The notes under the pieces: model-generated
What the model was told of the DNA's origin: nothing
The model's database searches: none
The model's input: the letters and a program-made list of their open reading frames with translations, nothing else
Program-made: the position numbers and the translations under genes
Source of the DNA: Cirrosporium novae-zelandiae
Lineage: Eukaryota
DNA: 64,000 nucleotides
Direction: 5' to 3'
Assembly: GCA_026023565.1 (NCBI GenBank)
Contig: JAPETS010000036.1
Span: 248,001-312,000 of the forward strand
In this document: positions 38,832 through 50,681 of the stretch, piece after piece
How positions within the stretch are numbered: position 1 is the stretch's first letter
Layout of the letters: each line of letters begins with the position of its first letter

Positions 38832-39574
38832 GCTCAAGGGACATCGTTTGATAGCGCCTGTTATTATTGATATCGGTTGATGATTGTGATGATAACGAAA
38901 TTTGCTTCTTTGGAATATGCAGTCCAGTAAAACTTAAATGAGCATGTCGCATCGTTTGTAGGCTAACGGTGCCGTGAGTATTCGACAGCGACGGCAGCAA
39001 AAGCATCCAAAAGCTTCCAAGGTGCCTTGCCGCTTTAACGTGAAATAACCGAGGCTTTCCTGCTCCGATCACACAACTTCTTTAAAACCGTCTTCGGCAC
39101 TTCGACAGGTTTATGTTATCACCCAGCAAAGATTCCATGGTCGTGTCTGGTACCCTAGGTCTTTTTTATACCACGTGATCGAGAATTAATGCAGACGCCC
39201 GTCAGCTGCCGGCCTCCTGTAGCTAACGATAGTAGTGATGTGATGAACTTGCAGGACAATCAACCCCATGGAAGTGCCAGGCTGTCGGATCTTGCTATGC
39301 GATGACTGTGCTACGCGATGAAAACGTAATGGATCCTTCTCACGGGATGCTACTACAGCCCATGTCTATCATATAAAAAAATCAACGTTATAGAATGCCT
39401 AATCGTACTATGAAACTCTCTAGGTTGTATTTGCTGATCTTCAACTAAAACCCCTATCCATCAAAATGAAGTGACAATTCATTAAACACAGCCCAAAGAA
39501 CACATTGTCGCGAACTCCTAGCCCGGAATCCAATAGCTGGATTGTAAACACATAGACACTCCTCAGCAAAATAG

Positions 39575-40615
39575 CTAAAGCGGTTGCGAGCCACCAAACG
39601 AAAACTTCTCTAGGTTACGTCCCTGTCTAGGACGATATCCTCTATCTTCACGCGTTGATTGCTGATTGCCATTCATATTCTGTCTGGTTGCGCTGTTGAT
39701 CACATTTCGATGTGGAATTGGCACAAGATTCCTTAAGTTGGTAGCTGGAATCGAGAGAAACTGTAGAGAGTCACCAAAATTAGTACTGTTTCCTATATAG
39801 TTACCACAATGCTCATAGTTTGGTGTATTAGGGAAGAATTCCAATGTCATTCCCGAGCTACTTTCTTGGCTGAGGATCCGATGCGCGGCTGGACCATTAT
39901 GGGCAAGGAGTTGTGATTGCAACGTTGAATTAAGTGGCTCCAAATAATTCTGCTGCATTTCATCGAGACAACCGATGGCAATAAGTGCGGAAGTTTGGGT
40001 TGCTGTAGAATCCTGCCGCTGAAATACCAATCCATCATTTGGTATGGCTTCCATTTGTGAAGGCTCACTGGTGTCATGCTCTCCCGGACATGAATTATCG
40101 ACGGGTTCCCAGGAGGTAGCCAGCCATGCTATTTATTATGAGCCTTGATTCAATTTCATTGGAAGCGACACAAAATAAAATACCCGCAGCACATCCACCC
40201 ATAAGACTGGAGATCAGATGCAACAGAGACAGTCTCAAAGATAGATTCTGCGGTGATATTGAATGTGAATCAAAACGAACATAACCATACCTGTTAGATT
40301 ACGTTTGATTTGAACTTTGTTGAGCTGAGGGTGTTTGGTCTCAACATGTTTCCAATAAGCGGCCGTTTTATCACGACGGAACGTTGCAGAGCATCCTCTT
40401 TTGGGGCACGGTATGTGAGGCTTCAGGTGTCGGCGATAATCATTTGGATTCTGAAATTTGCCCTTGCAATTTGAGCATTCCACCGGATCGCTCTTCATTT
40501 TAGGTTGGGCTCCTTTCGAAGGTGACTGTGTGGAACTAAAGCCTCTGGAAGCTTCATATCTCGTTTGATCGTAGCTCCTATCTGGAAGAGGGATGGATCG
40601 GAAGGTGTCGGACAT
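39575..40615 (-). CDS. Zinc-finger protein, paralogue 3
   Basis: CSNC-x12-H-x3-H, CPKRGC-x14-H-x4-HPQL; intron 40129-40290; exon 2 starts WLATSWEPVDNSCPG and runs in frame into ORF 39575-40054. Confidence 0.75.
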
Positions 40616-41443
40616 TTTCCAAGACAGTTATAGTAAATATGGGACGCAATGAAGTTTCTCTGCTGCTGGGAGTGTAATGCAAGTTTGGAAGCTGGTTATG
40701 GAAGTTTTATAAATTTATAGGTAGTGAAAGGTACCAGACTGTACATGCTAGCATCATCTTTCACGCACTGCCACCTCATACAAGGGCGTGTCAAAGACCT
40801 TGAATACGCTCTTTTCACGGTTGTGTGTACTACTAGCCTTTCCCTAATGTATACATATCGACAGTATGTGGTGTTGAGGTAATTGGTGTCCTGCTGACAG
40901 TCGACATATCATCGTTTATTTGAAGGAGCAACATAGCCTCCTACTTAATTTACAGAATGACATTTTTCAGCAAGAAATGGCGATAGGACAAGGGGGAGCC
41001 ATGTCAAAGGACAAGAAATGGGGGGATGATTCTGGTTCGTAGAATATGCCTGTATGGTGTATGCTGTACCGGGGAATTTAGAGGCAGAAGGTATTCAGCA
41101 GGTCGGCGATCAGGGCATTAAGGGCTATCTCTTTTGTATAGAGTTGGGCCGCAACCATTCCCAATGGTTGCTCTGTTGTATGCTGTGTATTTGGGTATCA
41201 ATGTTGGGAGTTTGGGCATTGTGCGGTTATCGCGCGGCTCTCACTCGGCACTCGGTTAGGCCGTTCTTCGGGTCCTCAGGGACTTGAGGATGCTCGACCC
41301 TGAACCCCCCCCCCCCTCGTGCCCCTCGATTAGACTAAGAATTCTTTATCGATAAAAAAAATCTCTGCCATTGCCTCAGCTTTCTTAGTCGCCAACACTT
41401 TCTTCACCATTGAGAGTCAGGACCATTTATTATCCTATTCATC

Positions 41444-42686
41444 ATGGGGACCGAAAAGACTAACCATGCTTCAATCACACCCATTACAACCACTGATCTT
41501 TCGGCCTACTTCTCAAAGATAGCTCAAGGAAAGGTGGAGGGAAACCGCAATTCCTTATTAACTACAAAAAACTAATGGTATCTGGAGGTTCGAGATATCT
41601 ACGCAATTGATCACGACATTTTATTGTTCGTCGCGACAGACCGAGTTAGCGCATACGATGTTGTTCTAAAGAATGTAGGTTGAGCATAACACATGGTTTT
41701 TGACTTCTTGATTTCTAGCTTGGATTGCCTTTTGGCTTCATTTTCTTGCTATAAGTAGGCATAGCCAGCTCGCATCATTGATTGGTGCTGGTCGCAATAT
41801 ACTCGGTTGAACATCCTATCCTGACAGTACTAACAACGGAGACACAGGGTATTCCGAACAAAGGCGCGCTGCTTACCCTCCTCTCTCGGTATTTGCAATA
41901 TTCCGTTGCGATTATTTCCAAGCTAATTTCATCTTTAGATTCTGGTTCTCCCTCCTTCCTACATTAATACCTTCTCTAAAAACTCACTTCCTCACTCTCG
42001 ATCTCCCCTCCTCACTTCAAAATTCGGACCTTGCGCCATCCTTTCATAATCGAAGTATGCAGGTCCGGCGATACAAGAAGCTTTTCGCAATTGAGTCCAT
42101 TGTTAGAGGCTATATCACCGGTAGTGCATGGAGCGAGTATAAGAAAACTGGAACTGTGCACGGAATTGCTATGCCTACCGGCTTGCAAGAGAGTGCGAAG
42201 CTAGAGAAACCTCTATGGACACCTAGCACAAAGGCGGAACAAGGCCTGCATGATGAGAATATTAGTCCCGAGAAGGCCGCAGAGATTGTCGGCGCCGAAT
42301 ACGCCAAGAGGATCGAGGAGCTTAGTCTAGAGATCTATTGTAAAGCAAGGGATTATGCTGCTGAGCGCGGGATCATTATCGCAGATACCAAATTTGAGTT
42401 TGCGCTTGATACTTCTGCTTCGAATCCTGCTGATGCCGTCATATTGGTTGATGAAGTCCTTACGCCCGACAGCAGTCGATTCTGGCCAGCAGCAAAGTAT
42501 CAGGTTGGCAAAACACAGGAGAGTTTAGATAAACAATTTTTAAGAGACTGGCTCACGAAAGAGGGGTTGAAAGGTAAAGAAGGAGTCGAGATGCCCGAAG
42601 AGGTTGCGAAAAGGACGGCAGATGGCTATAGGGAAGCCTTCGAGAAGCTTGCTGGGAAAAGCTTCGAGGCTGCCTTAACAGAGTAG
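41444..42686 (+). CDS. ADE1: SAICAR synthase (phosphoribosylaminoimidazole-succinocarboxamide synthase)
   Basis: Four exons: IAQGK/VRDIY...ATDRVSAYD/GIPNKG.../ESIVRGYITGSAW, TPSTKA, HDENIS, IIADTKFEF, DEVLTPDSSRFW, DKQFLRDWL. Confidence 0.97.
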
Positions 42687-43647
42687 AATACCAATCAGAG
42701 CTAACAGGAGTAGGATAAATTTCAAAGCCTGATAACGTCAAGGAAGTTGGTTGTTGAAACATCTCAATTCTTGATACCTATCATCATCCTTGTTAATAAG
42801 TAATTCAAGCCATTGACATAGCTGGCTAAGCTGCGCCTTATGTGATCCACTTGAATATGCTATGATTTTGCCTAGCCTATCAACAACACTGATTCTAGAT
42901 CCTGCATCGTACATGTACACGCAGGATCGAGGTGCACAGAAAAATAAATACGAGTTTCAGAAACCGTTCTTAGTTCCGCTCTTCCAAAGTGTATGAGATG
43001 AACTTCAATGTCTCTTAGAAGAGATGAGAATGATCTGTCATTGAAAGTATGGCATCACAGCTGCAGCTCATAGCGGCCCCTGACATATAGATATAGACAG
43101 TACTATAGCAATCCGGCAAATGACTAATCATATCTCTCGTTATCGAGTGATAAGGCAGCTGAACCGTGCACGCATGGTTGTTCGCTAAACCATATACGGT
43201 ATAGCCACTTTATACTACTTTTCTACTTTTTTCGCATCTCTTCTCCATCTCCTTCACATCTTTTCCAATCTGGGACAATATTCTGTTCAGTTGCTGCTAT
43301 CACATTTGAAAATAAACCCACCAACTCTTTCAAGACTAAAAGCGAAATATAAAGTTACACATTATTTCAATACCTCTGAAATAGTCATGAGAGCAAGGCA
43401 CGTAGCCGATCATCTCCAACACTCCTCCCTTGGAGTAAAGCTTGCCGTTTCATGAATCAAGATGACTTTACTTTATTCAAGTAGAGCTATAAAAGCTCCT
43501 ATCTTACTCTCTCTCTATCCCATACATTAGAGAATCTTATCTCAACATCACTTTTATACCCTGGTTGATTTTTCTAAGATCAGATTACAAAATTATCACA
43601 CGTTATCTTGCTTTCATCATTCATTTGTGGTCTTATAATCTCAGAAA

Positions 43648-45460
43648 ATGCTTCACTCCTTTAATCTAGCAATATTTCTATACGTCTCTACGGCAATTGC
43701 TCAACAGAGTGTTTTGGGGCTATGTAAATTCCCTTTGGCATCCAGTTCTCGACCACAACCAACGCTAACCGCCTAGGTAACGGGGCTACTACATGTGTCT
43801 GTGGGGCGAGTTGCTCTTCAATAGCCTCAACCATATCTCTGTGCGTGCTGATCGACACAGCATCGGAGCAAACTTCCTATGGCCAATGTGGGGGAATGAC
43901 TTACACCGGACCAGCTATTTGTCCTTGCAATAATTACTGTTCCTCTGTGAATCCATATTATTCTCAGTGTGTCCCCAATACACAGGCGGCTACTACCACT
44001 TCTACGGCAAGAACTCCTACTACCCTAATAACGACGACCCCTAGTACTCTTAAAAAATCATTCATTCCTTCTTCAACAACCAGCAAGTCTCCTGCGGTAA
44101 CGACTAGTTCTTCCACAATACGATCGCCCTCGGTCACCAGTTCCAGTACCACTTCGAAATCCAAGACAAAGTCAAAATCAAAAAAGACGTCTAATTCAAA
44201 AACTACTTCATTGAAAACCTCATCAACGAAATCAAAAACAGCTAGTTCCAGCTCAACTAAAACTTCATCGACAGCTTCAGCTTCAACAATCACTTCCAGT
44301 TCATCTACGACTTCATCAACATTCTCGACCTCAAGTACGACCTCTAGTTTCATACCAACAGCAACCGCTGCTCAATACGTCGGCTCCAACATCGCCGGGT
44401 TTGAATTCTGCGGTGGCGACTGCACCCAAGGCTACATCTCAGCCTCCGCCGCCTACCCCCCTCTAACTCAGTACAATGGCCCCGATGGTGCAGGCCAAAT
44501 ATCACATTTCGTTGCCGACGACAACATGAATATATTTCGCCTTCCCGTAAGCTGGCAATACCTCGCGAATGACATATACGGCGGTCTTCCCGACTCCACT
44601 CAATTGACGAAATATAATGCTCTCGTTCAGGCATGCCTCGCCACCGGTGCAACATGCTTAATTGACATTCATAATTATGCTCGTTGGAACGGCGGTATCA
44701 TCGGACAATCAGGTGGACCCACCTCGGCCCAATTCGCGGCCTTTTGGGGAGCACTCGCGGCAAAATATAACAATACCGCAAATGTCGCATTTGGAATCAT
44801 GAACGAACCGCACGATCTCACACTCTCAACCTGGGCTTCTACCGTCCAAGCAGCCGTCACAGCAATCCGTCAAGCTGGCGCCACAACCCAGATTATCACC
44901 CTCCCAGGAACCGATTACCAGTCCGCAGGAAGTTTCGTCTCAGACGGAAGCCTAGATGCGCTAAAGACTATCAGCAACCTAGACGGAACAACCACCAATC
45001 TCGTATTCGATCTACACAAGTATCTAGACTCGGATGGTAGCGGGACCAGCTCCACATGCACAACCAACAATGCCGCGATCTTTTCGGGTCTGGCGACTAT
45101 GCTTAGAAACATTCGGAGACAGGCCATCGTGAGCGAGACTGGTGCCGGCAATAATGCTAATTGTGTCACTTTATTTAACCAGGAACTTGCTGTTCTTAAG
45201 TACGTCCCCTCCTCACCTCCCATTTCATTCCATCACAGCCCACGCATCTTATATATTCATCCCTATGAGCAAACTACACCAAACGCCCTATTAACGAATT
45301 CCCCTCACTTCACCATAGTCAAAACCCCGACGTCTACCTAGGCTACATTGGCTGGGCAGCCGGCTCCTTTGATTCCAACTATACACTATCGGAAACTCCA
45401 ACCCACAGTGGCAACACCTGGATCGACACCTTGATCGTTAGTTCATGCCTGAAGCGATGA
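43648..45460 (+). CDS. Secreted GH5 (subfamily 5, Cel5A/EGII-like) endoglucanase with CBM1 and S/T linker
   Basis: Signal peptide; introns 43724-43776 and 45200-45318; CBM1 YGQCGGMTYTGPAICPCNNYCSSVNPYYSQC; NIAGFEF, FRLPVSWQYL, IDIHNYARW, MNEPH (acid/base), FDLHKYLDSD, SETG (nucleophile), WAAGSF. Confidence 0.95.
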
Positions 45461-45799
45461 AGAATCCTCAGCAGCATTAAGCTATATGTCAGACCAGACT
45501 AGTCCAGTCCAGTTCGTTCCCTTCACTGAATCTATCCATCCCAACTCAACGCCCGTTCCCAAAATCGCCTACCCTCCTTTATATTATCCCCCTCTCACTA
45601 TACATCCAAGCAATAACCTCCAATCACAGGAGAAGATACAGCTGAAAATCTCGATATTATCCCATAGTATAGGTTTGTGGCTTGTGGGTATAATATTATC
45701 TATACTATACTATGGGATTGGAATAGGGGGGGATGGAAATATAGCGCTTAACCACTGGCTACCGAGACTATCGACAAAGACAAAGACACGATGAGTGAC

Positions 45800-46612
45800 T
45801 GTCTAGCAATGCAATGCAATGCAATAAGGAAGGAAATATTTCCACACCATACAAATCATAAGAAGAAAAAAAAAAGGAAAATGTACAATACAACAAGTAT
45901 AAGTTCAAGCCATCTTAATCCAATAATACCAAATATCTAAAACACGCAAATCTATTTCATTTCGATAAGTAAGCAGGTACCTGCCCTATCCTATCCTATC
46001 CTATCCTGTACCAGGCTTGGCCTGCATGCAGACCCAAAGTAAACCAAACTATCAAGCACCAATGTAAAGAGAAATTGTTTTTATAAATGGAGAATAGATG
46101 ACTGGGCCGTGAATTAGTTATGTGCAGTGTGCAGAATAATACTTACTTACTTACTTGCTGCCTGGGTCGGGGGGGGAGGATAGCGTTAGCGTACGAATAT
46201 GTATGTATATGTACAGATAAATAAATAGATAGATAGATAGAAACCGAGTCCCATGGCCCATAGGTCCATGAGTCCGGTCCTTGATTGAGCCAAAATACTC
46301 TCCCCCTACCTCTACCTCGATCTCTAAACTATAGTTTCCATGGATATGGATGTGGATACCCCCCCCCCCCCCCCATCATTCGTTCATTCGTCTTTTCGTC
46401 CACATTATTTTTTTGTTCGCCAAGGTTCTTGTAGTAGGCCTCCAATCGAAACCATATTGTGGGATTTAGGATTTAGGATTTAGGATAAAGATAGCGCTGG
46501 GACGGACGCCCCTCCCTCACTCAGCCATAGGAATTAGAAACTTGGAAATTAGATAAAAAATATACAAGCTTGGAATTAAAATTAGAGTTGGAGTGAATAT
46601 AAAGTTTTCTTT

Positions 46613-46648
<36 letters not shown>

Positions 46649-47660
46649 GGGGGGGTTGGTATTTGTATTGAGTAGTAGTAGTAGTAGGAGAAAGAGATAT
46701 AAGGCTACCTAAGTAGGTAAGGTACGTAAAATAATCACCAAAAACCAAACCAAACCAAACCAAAACAAAACAAATAGATAAAAAAGAGTACCCCGTACTA
46801 TATACTCGTAGTTGGTTGGTCGGTCGAGGAATTCCCCATATTTCTATTCTTTTGAAAGAAAAAGGAAAAAGGGGAAAGAATTGAGATTGTGAAAGTAAGG
46901 GCAAGGTAAATTGGGGGGGTTTTTTGACTGTTTTGAGGTTGAGCTTGAGATTTGGAATGAGTGAGGGGGTTAGTGGGTGAGTGGGTGGGTGTAGTAAGTA
47001 GTGGGTTCTCTCTGGGGACACATATACACATATATAGTTATAGTATGGTATGTATGAGGAGGGAGGGAATGAACCTAGAAGAGGGGTATATATAACTTTC
47101 CTAGCCCTTTCCTCCTCACCCAATTACACAAATAATAACCCCCACGTACTTACTTCTTCCCTTTCCACCCTTCCCCAACAACAATAACAACAACAACAAT
47201 ATAATCCAATTGATTACTATCATTACCATACAAAAAGGGGGTACATTATCTCCCTATCCTATCACGTTACTATAATATCCAGAAAATGTCCATAGGCCAT
47301 AGAGAATAGGATAGGGATAGGAGATATTCTTCCCATAAGGCCCTAGTAAGTAAAACAAACAAAATGAATAAAAATAAAAAAAGGGATGGACTAGTTAGTA
47401 GGAACTGGGGATTGAGTTTTTTTTTTGAGGGAAAAAAGAACGCAAGGTTGAGGGTTGAGGGTTAAGGTTGAAGGTTGAAGTGGATGCGGAGATCTAGATA
47501 CTAGATCTTAATGATGGATCTATTATAACCTGGCCCGGCCCACCCACAGACGGACAAATGGGCGGACGGACGGACGCATCACCACTCACTCACTCACTCA
47601 CTCACTCACTCACTCACTCACTCGCTCGCTCACGACCTATCTATTTATCGCTTCTTTTCC
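45800..47660. repeat. Microsatellite/low-complexity island 3
   Basis: (GCAAT)n, (CCTAT)n, (ACTT)n, (ATAG)n, (GGATTTA)3, poly-A ~46620-46646, (CAAAC)n, (CACT)10 47583-47622. Confidence 0.8.
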
Positions 47661-48237
47661 GAGAGCACGCTCCAGTTAAATTCAAAATAGAAGGTCGTAC
47701 TCTAGTCATGTAATTATACTATACCTAACCGTTGGCGCATATTATTTCGAAACCCAGCAAGCAGCGGCTAAATGGTGGCAGTAGGTCTCGAGATAGGAAA
47801 GGTGCGTGCATGGTTATGTTATCTAGGTGAGTGAGCGCTTATTAGGATGACGCCTGTACGCATAGAATCTGGTTGCTTCGAGGGGAGTGTGTAGGGTGCG
47901 TCGGTGCGTCGGTTCGAGGATGAGTTGATGGGGTTTCTGTGGTAGCTGAAAACGCACAGCGGTCGGGTGCCTTAGGGGGATCTATCTAGTTCAGGTAGTA
48001 TGGAGGGGGGGGGTCCTTCTCTTCGTCAGGTTTGGCGATTTCCACTTTTCAGCCATAGACGGGCGAAAAAAGCCTCGAATCTACTCTTTCACGTTTCACT
48101 CTTATCCTAGTTATCTTCATCGCCACGCTTCAATACCTATTCGTAACCTCTATCATCTCAACGCCTGTAGACCCTGGTACGTAGAAGAAATGTGGATATA
48201 GAAGGAAGAAACCAGATCCCAACTGATTTAGCCAATG

Positions 48238-49822
48238 TCATTTGGCAAGAGTTTTACAGGAACTTAAACTAAGCTGCGGGCTTTTTTGCTGGAGTTAGCC
48301 ATGGGTCTTCGATCAGCTCTCTAGCAGTCTTTCGGTCCTCGGGCAACCACCGAAGCATCTTAGCCACGAATTCAAGGAAGAGCCTTTTATCTTCTCCTTC
48401 GAAGGAAGTGACCGAGTCCGCTAGATTAAGGTCGCTTGGAATGAGATGTTTGTATATGAATTCCCCTAAAACTCTAGAGTTAATTTTGTAATTCTGTATA
48501 ATACAGTACGTCTAACGCTTCCAGGAAGCTCACCTTCGGGAGTGAAGAAAGGACCCCCATAAAACTCCCTGGCGCTGTTACAAAGCTTGCCTTCAGGGTT
48601 TTGAACTGCAGGTTTCCATCTCCATTTACGGCCTTCTCATTCTCGTTCCAGGAGCTCCTTTGGCGGATGCCCAAGTAATGCAATCATCTCCGCAAGATGT
48701 GCCTGACTATTATACTTCCCAGAACTGGATGGACCATTTTGAATAGATCTTTGTTCTCCACTAGATTCCAGGTCTATTTCACGATGCGTCAGAAAAGTCG
48801 CTGTGGATGAGCTGGAAGTAGAAGCATATACCAATAGACCAAAGTTCCAAATATCTGCGCTGTATGTCCAACCTGTACCAAAAATAACCTCCGGAGCACG
48901 ATAATGGTCGGGCTGAATAGGGTGTATCTGGGGTTGAGGACCATCTCCTTGTTGTGCCAAACCGAAGTCTGCTATCTTCGGTAGTATATAGAATGATCTG
49001 AGTGGTCCAAAGTCATTGTGTGATTGATATATTAATCGGCCGTCTCTAGTCTTCCGAGCCATAGGGTTCTTAACTTGGTTTTGAACGAAATCCTCGATTA
49101 CAGATCGGTCTTCGAATTCCATCAATATATTATCCAGTTTGAGATCTGTAATGAATGGGTAACCTTTTGTCTATCTGATATTGATCGTACATTCGAACTC
49201 ACCAGTATGAACGACATGACACTCCGAATGGAGATAATCGAGCCCCATTAAAAGAATTTTCAAGTATGCTTTGAGAAGTGGTAATGGGAATTTACGGTTC
49301 TCAAATCGCCGCCGAAAGAGCCATCAGGGCTCTCTCATTGGTTCATAAACTAAGCATATATGCGTGCCATCTGGCGTCACGGCTTCGAAGCTGTCGATAA
49401 TAGTCCTCACAAGTGGGAAGCCTTTGTGCAATGGGTTCGCCTTTGCAAGACGCAGAGAAATATTTAACTCGTGCTCTGCAGCCTCTTTATTCACAAAATC
49501 GCAATTATTAACTTTCACAACCACATATCGGTGGGGCTGCCACCTCCATCTATAAAACCGTCAGAGAAAGAAAGAAACAGCGAGAGCTTTGACGGATACC
49601 AGTGAAGATCTCGAGCTAGCCAAGCTTCACTATGGTCTCATATCTGTCGTGAAAGATATCCCCTGGATTTACCGGGTAGAAATGCTTGGGGTTGTAATTA
49701 GAGACCAATTCCTCTTCGATTAGGACACCGCACGGAAGGATTGTATGAGAACCACCTCTCATCAGTGAGCGTGAGAATCGAAGCGGTGCGAAGGCACGCC
49801 TTGCCAATGATGGTACACCCAT
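48238..49822 (-). pseudogene. SRPK-like (CMGC) protein kinase pseudogene
   Basis: FYPVNPGDIFHDRY, WLARD, HICLVYEPM, GLDYLHSECHVVHT/DLKLDNI, IADFGLA, IQPDHYRAPEV, ADIWNFG, HLAEMIALLG, MLRWLPEDR. Lesions: glycine-loop deletion with frameshift ~49620, TG|A across intron 1, TGA 49324-49326, frameshift ~48730, TGA 48637-48639. Confidence 0.9.
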
Positions 49823-50681
49823 GACAATCACGACTCTTGTCGGAATCCATAGGATATCTAAGTTCAAGATATTGATATTATGACGTTAGAGGCCTAAAAC
49901 AAGGTTAAGCAAGCTACGATTATTCAGATTAGATCAAACTCTGGAGAGTTCGCTAAAGCTCGGCGACCAGATCACCCGAAGCTAGGTACCGGGTAAGGCC
50001 TAACGACTATTTATTGGTGGGTAGCTAATGTGATCTATCATCTTTCTGCCATATAATTTAACTGCTATTGCCTGGAAACAATTTTCTCTCAGCTGCAAGG
50101 ACGTCAAGTGTGACAATTGGGCTATTGTGCAACATAACTAATACACATTTAGAATATGATCTTCCTGAGCCTCCCCCCCTCCCCTGAATGGGTATGGGAC
50201 GAAAATGCCAAGAGGTACAGATACTGGAGTGGGAGCAGCTGGGTCTGGCAGTAAATCTTTTTTGTTTTAGTGCAGAACAGGGTACTGAGTCGAGGAGGCC
50301 CAGCATAATATCTGAGGCAGAGCCTATCTCCGTCCCGCCGTCTCCAGTGGCCCCCAAAATTGACTAATACTGATCGATGGCTGTTCTTGTTGCATTTCTT
50401 CGGGTCCGTTTCTCAGAATATTTCTCACTTATTAATCCGCTGGAGCGGAATCAGAGCTCTGTAAAGCCATCAAAAATTTCAATTCTGTCCAATCTCACAT
50501 AGTCGTAAGGCAAGAAACGGCACGAGCTGAGTTTTATGCAATCGCCGGTATAACTTTTTGCCTAGATAATAATACATGATAGAACTCATAGTTTGTCGTG
50601 ATTCAAATCGCATAAAAACCAGATGTTCATTCTGCTCTTCATCAATATATCGACAAATCGTTACGGGAGATATCACGATGC

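Noticed and set aside
46521..47123. 200-aa minus-strand ORF
   Set aside because: Translation of SSR and homopolymer sequence (poly-F, poly-T), non-ATG start.
308..49326. Alternative genetic code or readthrough as an explanation for in-frame stops
   Set aside because: All three stop types occur internally, they co-occur with frameshifts, and intact genes end in TAA, TAG and TGA.
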